DNA of 64,000 bases from Octopus sinensis (GCF_006345805.1 NC_043006.1:6448001-6512000), one strand, 5' to 3'. Shown: positions 35,966 to 49,016, counted from the stretch's first letter. Notes: generated from the sequence alone by a model not told the origin. Numbers and translations: made by a program.

Positions 35966-38900
35966 TATACAAAATGTTGCAACGAGTTAAATTTCACACT
36001 CGAGAAAAGAATTTCTGTTCCTCAATCAATATGGCAGGTATTTTGTTTCATAATAATGCTAAAATCATCAATGTAGTCCAGCGGCTTTCGTCCATTCCCA
36101 TCCGATGGATGTTCAACATTTTGTATAATATTTTTAGGAGGAGCTTCTTTCACGTATTAGCGATCGTTCTTTTACACAATCATCGATCTGAAATAAATGG
36201 CCGAAGAATCTACTGTCTTAAAAGAAGGAATAACACAGTTCATAATCTTGTTCGAGATGTATTTTGCCGACGACCGTTTGTTGAATGCATTTGCTTATTA
36301 AAATCGTTACAACTTACTCATATAAATGACGTGCAAAACGTCGATGTATATAAAAAGATTCTAGAGTATTGTATATATTATGATGCTATGTGATGAATAT
36401 ATCAATCTATGATTGTTTTTTAGTAAACGACAGACACGCATCTTATGTTAAATGTTCATATTTTTATGAGAAGTTAAACAACGGTAAGTGTTTAGACGTA
36501 GCTATCAAAGAAATAAAATGTGTTTATTCCATGAATTGTAGACAATTTGAATCATAGTAAACCAGGGAGTTGCTTTCCCTTATTTTATTACCTACGAAAA
36601 TATAACTTTATAAAGTTCATACTTAATGTATAGAACCCGCATTAGCATCATTGCTAACAAAAGAATTATATGGACAATTCGTCAGGCATTGCATTATTAT
36701 ATATATCGTATTCGGATTCAGTTTTCATAGTCTGACACTTGATAAATATCTCCTCCATTGCCTTCAATACAGTTTACAATCAGTAATAAAACGACAAACT
36801 CCTTCCCTGATATATTTACAATACAACTATACTGACTCTGCAGTGAAGCAGCGATACTTTGTGAGATATCTAAGGTTACTATCAATATCGCTAACGCATT
36901 TATAACTTATGACGATCTTATCACAGAGACATCGTGTGACATTGCTTGATTTTTGTTATTCCTGATTAAATTTATACCTAGATCAAATAATTGTCTCATA
37001 CTGCGCATTTCGCTGACATAGCGAAAACCATAACGACATTTCATTTCTTGATTAGGTCTATGCACATAACTGAAAAACGAAACCTTTGAATTTGTAAGTT
37101 AAGAGATAAATAATTTCTTATGTAATATTTCTTTCACTTCTTGAAGAAAATTTATGATAGCGCAAATATCTTTAAACTTTCTATAGTAGCAAGGCAATCT
37201 GACATGTCACGTTATGGAACAAAGTTAAGCCGAATACGATACTCATATTTTATTACCGCCGGCATAATCAAGTATACACCTTGTGTAACAAGTTCAGGTA
37301 ACGAAGATACTTTATGTTTTATTACCGTCATCATAATCCAGTATACACCTGCTCTATACACTTTCATTTAACAGGTAATTCAGCCAATATGTATTGATAT
37401 ACAAGTGCTTTCATCAATTTTATATTGATGCACACGGTTTTATAGACAAACAAATTGCTTAAATTTATTCTATAAACAAAATCGCTTCTGTCAATTCTAT
37501 CAATTTATACAGCCAGATTTTTATCACTGAAGACAATGTTTCCTGTTTATTAAAACATTGCTATCATTACACATAAAGAATAGAATGAGAAATATTGAAT
37601 TTCAGTTCAGTATTTGACACAAAGAGAAATGAAAACATTGATTATATTTCCAATTATATGTATGCCTTCATATCAATCCATAAAACAAGAAATAATTTCC
37701 ATATTATGTGGTGTATATTTAAGCTTCACTATTTAATCACCAACGATTTTTTCTCCATTTGTCAATTTAGAGATTATTAAAATGAAAAATCATCTGCGAT
37801 AACTTTTTGTATTAAAGGGTCTGCCAATACACTGGAAATATGTTTCCTCAGATAAACGCACGCACTGTCACAAAAGTGTGTGTGTATGCGTGTGTGTACG
37901 CGTGCGAGTGTGTGTATACGTGCGTGTATATATGAGCTTTTGTGCGTGTGTGCATGCTCAAGTATATATGTAACTACTAGACTCATTACAGTACGTGTAA
38001 ATGATGATCGATCTAGACAATTATCTGTTCTAATAATTAGCAGATACGTAACTGACCGTTCTATAGAGAGGCGTATAATTAACCTCACTCACATCAAATT
38101 TGCATTTGTAGCATCAAGTAGAATCCACACGTGGGCACCTGTAGACGTCCCGACTGCCCAATCTCGGCCGAAGGTGATATTAAAAGAATTAAGCTCAAGT
38201 TATCTCATGTCATGGGTTCAGATCATGATCGTGAGACCGAAAAGAAATGTTCCATTTCCAAGCAAACTGTTTGGTGAAGTAAAAAGTAAACAGTAATTGA
38301 AGAAGATTCGCGTCGAATTATCCGAGACCTTTCTGCTGGGTAAATAAACCTTTGCTCACTGTGCAAGATCAGCCCAGACAGACTGGAACAATAAGTGTAT
38401 ATCTCATGTGCTATCGCAGAGCGCTCAACAATTTGCTAATTAGCAATGAACAAATAACTTTCCTTAATCGAGTTGAAACGTGATAAGAAATGGATAAGCT
38501 ATACAAACAATACAGGTGAGCGGCATTGGCTTTCGTCGAATAAAATTCATTTCCAACGCACAACTCAGATCTAAACCTACTGAAAACGTTTGAGGGAATA
38601 CAACAAGTATTGTTTCTTTCGAATTACTTTATAAAAAGCCTATAACAAATCGCAACCGGAATATTAGCAATAGTTTATGAGAGATGTAAAACTTAGGCCA
38701 TCTTTTTGTTTGTTTGTTCTTTTGTTTTGGCATATAGATACAGAATCTATACACTGAGTTTAACTGGATTAATGAGGCAATAATATTTATCAGCATATCA
38801 GATAGAGAATAGATTAAATTTCGGGTTAAAATGCGAATCTGAAGTAATGATGTATACCAGGATTTCATTAATTTATACTATGACTTTTAAAATCTGTATT

Positions 38901-39066
38901 TGTATTATTATCTCATCTATCGATTTATATAATATTTTTGGATGCTTTTGATGTTCTCATTTATAAAATGAATAAATAATACAACAATATAATATCCGTA
39001 AGTTGATGAACAAACCAAATTTGTTTCTCCATTTTCTTATTTGTATTATATATATATATATATATA

Positions 39067-39116
<50 letters not shown>

Positions 39117-39284
39117 ACCTTCAAAACACGCATTGAGTCGAAACAGGGGCAGCTGATGAAGGGGAATATTCCTTGTATTGTTTGTCTTGTACTCTGTTTT
39201 TTCGTTGTTAAAAAGTCCGTTTCTTTGTTTGATTTTATGTTTTCGTTTCTCGTTGTGTTCTACGTATATTTGTGGTGTCCTGTA

Positions 39285-39359
<75 letters not shown>

Positions 39360-39583
39360 GCGAGAAAGAAGCAACAAGAATGGATAGGTTTTTAGTACAA
39401 TCGTTTCATACAAGGACAATTAACGATTGTACTAAAAACCTATCCATTCTTGTTGCTTCTTTCTCGCTTATAATCACCCCACATTACTGTATTGTTAAAA
39501 CAGTATAGTTTTTTTGGGTGCATCTAAGTTAGGTACCATATTCAAGTAAATTCATTAAATTAACTTGAATCTTTATTGCTTTT

Positions 39584-39647
<64 letters not shown>

Positions 39648-39784
39648 TGTATATATACATATAGATGTAGGTATGTACATATATGTATCTATGTATGCAT
39701 ATGTTTTATTTATTAAATTGTTATTATATATATATATAGGTTCTTATATTGGTCCCCACAAATGAAAGGTTAGCTTCCATTAAT

Positions 39785-39944
39785 CCCCCTCCCCGTTGGA
39801 TACTATTTGTGATTGCATTAGATCAATGTACCACATTGTTTTAGGAGGGAGTAGAATTGATTCAATCAGTCACATATAATTCATATTCTATTGTGAATAA
39901 TTGTTAAGATAACTTAACGAATTTTGCGTCTGTAAAACCCGAGG
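39785..39944 (+). repeat. ~160-bp diverged direct repeat; partner at 40975-41125
   Basis: Shared CCCCGTTGG.TACTATT.GTGATTGCATTAGATCAATG...GCGTCTGTAAAACCCGAGG. Confidence 0.8.
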
Positions 39945-41621
39945 GCCTTTCATCACTGTGCAATATGATTTATTTTCATCTTCGTTATATAAATTAATCA
40001 TGAATTTATGAATTGGTATTGAATTACACAAACATCTATAATTGTTTCAACTCTGCTTTTTTATGTGAACTAGTAACCACAGCATTCCGTCATCAATGGA
40101 TTATTACCAATTATACTAAATATCTCCAAAGTGAATAACGTTTGCTCTTTATTGCACAAAATCTATGTAATCAAATAAAAGAAGCACAATTTCACATTAT
40201 TATTTCAAACATCGTATTTCCTAATGACATTTAACATGATCAGACAATTGCAGTATCATCGTTGCAACCAGAGCATATACTGCACATGCTGACTCATGTT
40301 ATTTACACCAGTTTCAGTATCGATATGTAATACAATCTACTTGTAATGTTAGAACTGACAAACTTCTTTGTTTTTGTTTTTGTTTGCTCATACATCGCTG
40401 TTTAAGTGACCGTTAGGAGTTAAACAAGCTGTTCTAAATATAAACGTTCGATTCACATTCACCTTCAAATACTAAGTTTGTCATCGTTTATGAAGATAAC
40501 TTTCTTTATTGGCCACACAGGGTTGAATACAGAGGGGACAAATACAAACGTAGAGCTTTTCTTTTCGAGAAAGAAATAAATGTAAAATTCCGATCAAAAG
40601 GAATCGGGGAAAAAAAAAAAAGAAATTGTGTAGTGTATCACAGAAACAATTTTTTTTAAAACATTAAGAAACAAGATTGGGTTCATCGGTGGGAAGAAAA
40701 GCCTACAGAAAAGACCACGGTAACCTCAGTTTATGAAGATATTTAGCAACATATATAGCATGTGTCATGCTATATATAGTTTATGACTAGAGCGCATACG
40801 GCATCTTTTTATTTCGCTGCTACCCAAGTAATGTAAAGAGAATTAGTTTTTGAAACACACAATTCTAAACAGGCAAACGTGTCAGTGCTTGTGTTGTACG
40901 TCTGTGTATGGGCAAACTAATCATTACTGTTTTCCCGTTGTCCCTGTTTTCGCAGGGATGTTGCTTCCATTCCACCCACCCCCGTTGGGTACTATTAGTG
41001 ATTGCATTAGATCAATGCCCCACCTTGTTTTAGCAGGGAGTAGAACTTCAATCAGCCACATATAATTCATCTTCTATTTTGAATAATTGTTATGATAACG
41101 AATATTGCGTCTGTAAAACCCGAGGTGTCAAATACATTATTTCTCTGAGTATCCAGGAGACTAGCTTTCCAGCCATGACCATACCATATATCCTGCTAAG
41201 ACTGTGTACCAACGGCTACAGGTTATTTTGCATTGTTTGGGTTTTATGAGGAGAGTGTTTTCATGCCCAGTGAAATGTTAATAATACAGCCTTTCGTCAC
41301 AGGATATTACACAAGCGATCTTCCTGCTCTTATTTATCTCTCAACTGTGCATGAAGGATTAGCTTTTCACGTGCGTTATTTGCGAGACACAAGCATGACA
41401 TTTGAGGAAAATATTCCTGGTATTTTTAAAAGCTATGATCATTCTAGAGTTCCACCAAAGTTCAGGAAACGAAGTATTGATTGACATATAATGGTTTTAA
41501 ATCTAAATAGAGGAATTACTATCTATGTAGTTCTACCCACAGAATAGGATGAGAAGCATTGTGTTTGGAAATTAACTTACAAGAACATACTAACTGTATT
41601 TTGCTATCTACATCAATATGA

Positions 41622-41721
<100 letters not shown>

Positions 41722-41800
41722 GCGCGTGTGTGTGTGTGTATACATGTATGCATGTATACGCATATATACAAACACTCACACACTCTCGCACACACACATA

Positions 41801-41851
<51 letters not shown>

Positions 41852-42320
41852 TATGTATGTATGTATGGATGGCTGGATGGATGTAAATTGCTCTTCAAAA
41901 CTATAGAGCCAATGCAATGTCTTTTTTTTCTAGCAAATTATACTACCCAAATTCATGAGACTCCCCTCTTGATAGGAAATGGAATAGAAGGCATTGCAAT
42001 ATTCAAATTTATTGAAATCCAAAAATAAATTTGATAATAATACAGAAAAAATATACAGAGCCACCATAAACCCCCTGTTGGAAACTATAACACCAAGTTG
42101 AATAAGGTAGCGAAAGTGATGCGAAAGAGAGAAAATGTGATATATTTCAATTATATTCTTATGCAATGCATCAACAATGGCGTGTTTGGCAACAGCCTTT
42201 ATTATTTACTTAAAAAACACGTGATTCCATGCTTACAATCGACTTTTGCAGCAGATCAATTGGAGGCTCTTCCCGACCCTTCTTTATTGCCGTTTCAAAT
42301 TCATCAACAGATAAATACTG

Positions 42321-42370
<50 letters not shown>

Positions 42371-42401
42371 ATGTGGCAACAATTGAAATATTGTCGAGGT
42401 A

Positions 42402-42474
42402 AATGCAGCTGATGAAGACTAATGAAATTTACGTTGTCAAACGTATTTGAAGTGTCAGAAACCGGTCCTGCATT
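42402..42474 (+). ncRNA. Candidate minimal type-I hammerhead ribozyme (Penelope type)
   Basis: Stem I AATGCAG/CTGCATT; CTGATGA; long stem II (GAC/GTC base with TACGTT/AACGTA tip); GAAA; palindromic stem III ACCGGT; GUC triplet. One A.A mismatch at the base of stem II. Confidence 0.7.
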
Positions 42475-42658
42475 ACTCGATTCTAGGTTGTCCATTTATC
42501 GAACGTTCTTCCTAGAGGTAAGACAAATTTTTTTCATGTCTGTTGCACACACACACGCCTTTGCTAGTATACATGCAGTGAAGCTATACAATAGCGTCGT
42601 ATTTGTATCGATTGCTATTTTCCGGTAAATATTGGTGCCTTGTTGTACCACTTATCTA

Positions 42659-42723
<65 letters not shown>

Positions 42724-42727
<4 letters not shown>

Positions 42728-43908
42728 AACGCCTTCCATCCGTCCCTTAATCTCCGTGAGATCTCCTTTTTGATATCCCGGCACATATTTACTTCCTGTC
42801 CCAGGTAGACATATTCTCTCACCTCCTCTATTTCATCACTGCCGATCACCATTCGACCTGTTGGTTCATTGTCTGACCGCATGAACTTTGTTTTCATGCG
42901 GTTCATCTTGAGACCTACTGCAGAACTTTTGATGTGGAGCTCCGTCAGCATGGTCTGAAGCTGATCCATGTTTTCAGCGATGAGTACGATGTCGTCAGCG
43001 AAACGGAGGTGAGTGAGGAGCTCGCCATTGATGTTGACACCACCTTGCCATTCGATGCCTCTGATGATCTGTTCGAGACATGCAGTGAAAAGTTTTTGGG
43101 AGATTGTATCTCCTTGCTTCACTCCCTTCTCGACCGGCACTCGTGTGGGTGATGACAGTAGAGCTATGTCGGTGGTGCATCCGGAATTTGCCTCTCTGAG
43201 CAGCTGCACATATTGCGCTTCGATTCCTTGCCTCTGCAGCGAGTTCAGCACTGCGTTGGTTTCGACGCTATCGAAGGCCTTCTCATAATCTATAAACGCA
43301 ACACAAAGAGGCAGCTTGTACTCATTTGCTCGCTCAAGCAGTTGCGTTAGAGCAAATATATGGTCCATTGTGCTGTAGTTCTTCCGGAAGCCTGCTTGCT
43401 CCCTCGGTTGTTGTTCGTCGAGACGACGTGACAACCTGTTCAGAATTATCTTCGTGAACAGCTTGTACATGTGAGACAGCAGGCATATGGGTCGGTAGTT
43501 CTTTAGATCTTCTCTGTCGCCCTTCTTATACAGCAGGATGGTATTTGACTCTTTCCACTGCGAGGGAATTCTTCCCTCGTCTAGATAGTGCGTAAATCGC
43601 TCAGCGAGGATTTTCCAGAGCTGCTCTCTGCCTGACTTTAGCACCTCCGATGTTATACCGTCTTTCCCTGGAGCCTTTCCGTTTTTCATCGAGCCGATTG
43701 CTCTTTCAACCTCACTGACAAGGATAGGTGGCACGTTTTCTTCCTGTTGGAGTGGTGGTAACGGCTGGACATTTCTGGTAGACTTAAAGAGCTTGGTGTA
43801 GAAGTCTTCACAAACTTTTTCCATCTCGCTCTTCTCGTTGACCGGTATTCCATCTGTATTTTTCAGGGCCGTCACCTCCGATCTATATAGTACCATGCCC
43901 TCTTGCAT
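42724..43908 (-). CDS. Uninterrupted reverse-transcriptase reading frame of the RTE LINE (truncated by the inversion)
   Basis: ORF track 42652-43908. The terminal IYIY.. is read-through into (TA)n. Confidence 0.85.
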
Positions 43909-44480
43909 TTCTTGAGGCTCTTCTTTTCCTCTGCGGCCCTCAAAAGCTTCTCCATCCGGTATGCCTCAAAGTATTTCTTTAGTTGTTGACGAATCACTCT
44001 GCTGAGAATGGAATATTCAAGGTGATCTTCAATAGTCCTCTTCATAATTTTCCTCTTCTCGAGTAACTTCGTAGTTTCTTCCGAGATTCTTCCCTTCTTT
44101 TCTCTTGGGCATACACCCAAGTGAGGTGTAGTCATCGTCTATGTCGTCTCCTTGGCACCAGTCTTCCTGCATGATGGCTTCCTGCAGCTTTGCCTCGTTG
44201 TAGACTCGGACGCATTTTCCCTTCGACGCCAAATATAACGCCATCTTCTCCCTCTTCTCGTGGATGACGACCCTCGCCCTTACCAGACGATGATCGCTGC
44301 CGGTGTTGAATGGCGTCACGACAGAGACGTCATGCAATATGCGTCGCTTATCAACCAGGATGTAGTCGATCTCGCTTCGGTGCTTAGAGTTCGGCGATAT
44401 CCAAGTCCATCTCTTCCTCTCCCTCTTCCTGAATAGGCTGTTTCCGATGTAGAGCTACCTCGCCTCTGCCATGGTAGCCA
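42724..44480 (-). mobile_element. RTE-clade LINE, inverted 5' segment (APE C-terminal half plus RT)
   Basis: WTWISP..EIDYILV..GSDHRLVRA (APE); GKAPGKDG, NYRPICLL, FIDYEKAFDSV, GVKQGDTIS, LRFADDIVL (RT). Frameshifts near 44120 and 43900. Confidence 0.95.
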
Positions 44481-44986
44481 AGGGATGTGCTCAAGGGAAG
44501 GTTGGACAGGACCACTCGCGCCAACCTCATTAACAGTGCAGTTCTGCCTGCAATGTTATATGGTAGTGAAACATGGGCTACCACAAAGAGAGAAGAGCAA
44601 AGACTGGTAACGGCTCAAAGAGCCATGGAAAGGTCAATGCTTGGTATCTCGTTGAGAGAGCACATAAATAGCAACATTATCAGAAAGAAGTCCGGCGTGA
44701 GAGATGTCATCGCAGAGTATACTCGCAGCAAGTATAGATGGGCTGGACACGTCGCCCGGCTCACCGATAATCGGTGGACGCACGCAGTTGTCGAGTGGTA
44801 CCCGCGTGAGCGGAAAAGACCACCCGGAAGACCTCCACGACGGTGGAGTGACGATTTCAGGAGGACGATTGGGATCACGTGGATGAGAAAGGCGCGATCC
44901 AGCGAGGAGTGGACAGCGTGCTGTGACCAGCGGTGTCAAATGGACGCCTGACGGACTGGTCGGTCAAAGTGATCAAGTCAAAGTGA
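44480..44986 (+). mobile_element. RTE-clade LINE, non-inverted 3' segment with 3' UTR and tandem tail
   Basis: VLKGRL..VLPAMLYGSETW..RWAGHVAR..RPPGRPPRRWSD. Tail GTCAAAGTGATCAA repeated, then (TA)n. Confidence 0.95.
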
Positions 44987-45567
44987 TATATATATATATA
45001 CATATACACTCACAAACACAAACACACCCATATATACGCGTGTGTGCGTGTGTGTGTATGAGTGTGTGTATGTGTGCGTGCGCGTATGTTTGTTGGTCTT
45101 TGTGTATTTGTGTGTGTGTGTGTGTGTTTGTGTGCACGAGCTTATATTACTCTAAAAATAATGTTTGACTGTATCATCTCTGTTGTTTCTGAAATTTCTA
45201 AAGATACTCACTTTTAGATGGTAGTATTCCTTCATATCAATATCCAGGCTGTCTCATTTGCAAACGTTCGCGTCGTAGCTTAGAAGTTTGTCATAGTCGA
45301 GGATGAGAAGATTTAAAAAAAGAAAATATTCTGAACGCGTTCCATCTTAACTCCTTATGGCTAGTTAATCAGGTAACAGTGTTTCATTTAACTGTTATAT
45401 CAACGATGATAAGACTGTGTAATGAACAACCTGTAAGTCATATTATTTCTTAAGAAACCGAAATGTTTATGATATTGTCCCAAAACCAATTGATATTGTG
45501 AGCCAGATCTATGTCCATCTTTCTAATACATTTTTCAATGAGATAGTTATGGGCTTCGTCTTGAGCA

Positions 45568-46420
45568 GTAGATTTGGAGGAAATAAAGTGTTTTTCATCC
45601 ATCCTAACTCTGAGCATTACAAGAATAACACCGCTAATACTTGACCTCTAACATAAAACCAAACCAAAAGTGGACGAACCCGTATTCTCACCCTTTTGAA
45701 TAAAATGTGCATACCATTTCAAAGTATCTTCTCAATTTGGAACAGAGTTCCTTTCATGTAACAGAAGTGATTGCTTCGAACTGAACTTTTGAGTATGCAG
45801 GAACGATCTGGCACTTTAGCAATGCGTGAGAACGTTATTTTTCTTTTTTCTCGCAACAAATTGCTAGCTTCTGTGAAAGAAATACAAGTTTAAGGATAGA
45901 ATTCTGCCACGCATTTGCTCATTTCGCAAATCTAGTCGATTTATTTCAAGGTAGGCTTCTGTATAATCGATTATAAATTGCATTCGAAATGCTATCTTTT
46001 GAAAATGTTTAAATGTCAGTATGCGAACTGAAAGTTTGCTGAAGTTACATGCGTTATCTACTGTTTTCCACCGTAATGTTAGTTTCCTTTGAATTTTTAC
46101 AATCAGAAAATATCTAATTTATGAGGGTCGGCTGAAAAGTTCATAGACTGATCAAGATACTCCCAGAGAATGTGATCAGATAACGTTCCTTCGTCTACAT
46201 AGTCACCCTTGCGGTTCACACAATTCTTTCACAGATGTTGCAGCGCTTGGATCCCTTGGCGAAGAACTGTTGGTTAAAAGAAAATCGATCAACATCAGAA
46301 CATCAGGGGTTCGTCCACTTTTGGTTTGGTTTTATGTTAGAGGTCAAATATCAGCGGTGTTATTCTTGTAATGCTCAGAGTTAGGATGGATGAAAAACAC
46401 TTTATTTCCTCCAAATCTAC
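45568..46420. repeat. 114-bp near-perfect inverted repeats (45568-45681 and 46307-46420) around a 625-bp spacer
   Basis: Direct comparison shows only a few mismatches. Confidence 0.88.
46121..46270 (+). mobile_element. Mariner-type terminal fragment
   Basis: TATGAGGGTCGGCTGAAAAGTTCATAG resembles TA-CGAGGG..AAAAGT mariner TIRs. Confidence 0.55.
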
Positions 46421-46661
46421 AACTGGATTATACGTACCTGACCTGTAAGCGGCTATGAGAAAAAGGGCTTAAAACTGATCGATTAATATTTTGAGGTCCC
46501 TTATCAATGAAGTAATAGCAGTTCTGCAAATGCTTACTGATTGGAAGCTTTTAAGATAAGGAAACAATAGCAGAAAACACCACGGTGTGTTGTTGAGAAC
46601 GAGTATCCCTTAATAGTATATTCTTATCCACTTATATACATTAGTGATAGAGGCAGTATTA

Positions 46662-46804
46662 TTAGGTTGTCCCAAAAGTTCGTAAACACTTGCGAAAATT
46701 GAATTTTTACTCGCTAAGTACTAACAAAAACAACAAAAATTATTCCTCAAAATAAAAACCATTATTTTCCAAGACTTTCTACGAACTTTTGGGACAACTT
46801 ATAA
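46662..46804. mobile_element. Mariner-derived MITE (~143 bp)
   Basis: 19-bp perfect TIR core GTTGTCCCAAAAGTTCGTA (46666-46684 and 46780-46798). Starts TTAGGTTG like Hsmar1/MADE1. TA flanks. Confidence 0.85.
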
Positions 46805-47169
46805 TACCGAGAAGTAATATTTATCCCCACTTCAGTTTGAATGTTCTGTTAGAAGAAACCTTACAGCGGCAGTTCCCATGAGAGAAACTCTCATATTGAC
46901 ATTGTGGTTCTAAAATGACATTTTGTTTATATCGGTAGCGGGGAGATAAACCTACGCTACCTCCGGCGCTGTGACCACCAAATCACGTGATTTCGACGTT
47001 GAATGGTCTTGTAAATGATGGACAAATGACTACTAGAGACAACAGTGGTTCATCCCCCCGCCCAGCATTATGTAGATTCCCCGCATCAGAACATGCACAT
47101 GTGTCACGATTAGCCAGTTAGCTTGTTAAACACACACGAACACACTGCGTATATATATACATACATACA

Positions 47170-47880
47170 TATGTATATATATATAAAGTTAATCCAAACA
47201 AGAAAGCACAAAAAAACACAACAACGTGAGGACGTGGAACAAATATAGTATTATTGGACGCTCAGGAAAGAAGGGAAGAAGGAGGGTTTAACGTTTCGAA
47301 CGGAGCTCTTCGTCGGAAACATAGGAGAAGGAAAGATCCCGAGAAGGGAAGACAGAGGGAAAAAAATCGCCAACGGTACGCACGAGGTCACATTTTGGTA
47401 TATATATATAAGGAGAGACAGTATTAATACCAACAGGTAACAGTACAGTTACCCACCCACCCACACACACACACATAAACGTGAATTTTCTATTAGGGAA
47501 GAATTTATTGCGAATTATCCTTGATAGGAGCTTTCGTATTAACTTTTGATTGCAAAATGCACTGCTATTCATGTCGCTAGAAGGGAGAAAAATTCCCTCT
47601 ACCCCCAGCAACGTGTCCAACAGATCACGTAATTTCGACCTTTTTTGGTCTTCTTTACGATGGGCATTCAACCGCTAGAGAAACCTGCGATTTATTTCCT
47701 CGCCAGGGATCGGCAGTGCCAGAATAGGCGCTTGTGTTGCGAGTAGCGAGTTTGCTTTTTAACCGTCCTTGCACTATCAATCTATATATCGCTGCACCAA
47801 AAAGCCAATACAGGAGTTTATTTTATGGTATCTTCCGCAGTAAAGTTTGTTTTGATAGAACATTCCCTTTTAAGTGAGAA
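47170..47880 (-). mobile_element. Decayed Penelope-like remnant (GIY-YIG-like segment plus LTR-like end)
   Basis: IDSARTVKKQTRYSQHKR-like segment; 3' CCGACGAAGAGCTCCGTTCGAAACGTT typical of PLE ends. Many stops. Confidence 0.35.
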
Positions 47881-47994
47881 TAAAATTTACCTTATACACC
47901 TGCGTCTCTTATTGTTATCAGCATGAAGTCGAATAATGTGCTGGCAATATCTGCATGCGGGTACACACAGACATTCAAATACACATATATACAT

Positions 47995-48299
47995 CACGTG
48001 ATCACGTGACCGACCAGACCATCAGATGTTGTTACACATCGCTGGTCACAATGCGTTCGCATTGTTTTAGCCTTCGAATGACGCCACCCCGCTGGCTAAG
48101 CGAGCAGGCCAACAGAAGAAAGGGTGGGAGAAAGAGTGGTGAAAGAGTACAGCAAGGATCACCCCCCCCCCCTGCCGGAGCCTCGTGGAGCTTTTAGGTG
48201 TTTTCGCTCAATAAACACTCACAACGCCCGGTCTGGGAATCGAAACCGCGATCCTGCGACCGCGAGTCCGCTGCCCTACCCACTAGGCCATTGCGCCTC
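47995..48299 (-). mobile_element. SINE family B' (family B head and core with an RTE-derived 3' tail)
   Basis: Head and core as in family B. Tail TGTGACCAGCG..CTGATGGTCTGGTCGGTCACGTGATCACGTGAT. TSD CACATATATACAT at 47982-47994 and 48300-48312. Confidence 0.88.
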
Positions 48300-48584
48300 C
48301 ACATATATACATATGATTCAAAAATCAATCAAGAAATGCCAAAGCATATAGACTCCTCCCATGGCCCACAATGAAGAGATCCCTTCTCCAGTGATGAGGA
48401 TTTCCTCTTCATCAGAGGCAGCATCCCGTGTAATTAATATTTCTTTTAATTTAAATCATGCTGGCCTCGCGTTTTTCACTTCATAATTCACTTCCCTACA
48501 GGAAATTGAGATATCCACCCCTAATTCCACCCCTAATTCCATTCTGGCTGGGATATTTCTCTCTAAATGAACTCTCACATATTT

Positions 48585-49016
48585 TACTTACTCTTTTCTC
48601 TCTTTTACTCTTTTACTTGTTTCAGTCATTTGACTGCGGCCATGCTGGAGCACTGCCTTTTTTTAGTCGAGCAAATCGACCCCGGGACTTATTCTTTGTA
48701 AGCCCAGTACTTATTCTATCGGTCACTTTTGCCGAACCGCTAAGTGACGGGGACGTAAACAAACACACCAGCATCGGTTGTCAAGCAATGCTAGAGGGAC
48801 AAACACAGACACAAACATATACATACACATACATACATATATATACATATATACGACAGGCTTCTTTCAGTTTCCGTCTACCAAATCCACTCACAAGGCA
48901 TTGGTCGGCCCGAGGCTATAGCAGAAGACACTTTCCCAAGATGCCACGCAGTGGGACTGAACCCAGAACCATGTGGTTGGTAAGCAAGCTACTTACCACA
49001 TAGCCACTCCTGCGCT
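48585..49016 (-). mobile_element. SINE family A
   Basis: Full match to the other copies. Confidence 0.9.

Noticed and set aside
35520-36393. 243-aa and 156-aa ORFs
   Set aside because: Mostly trinucleotide repeat read-through. The unique tail has no recognisable domain, and the opposite strand has stops in all frames.
39130-39180. GAAA followed by CTGATGA and a hairpin
   Set aside because: No GAAA after stem II and no cleavage triplet in register.
47255-47325. Minus-strand CCGACGA..GAAA..GTC hammerhead-like core
   Set aside because: U4 is replaced by C and no stem I can form; treated as a decayed PLE end.
48365-48420. Hairpin with CTGATGA on the minus strand
   Set aside because: Lacks the GAAA half of the core.
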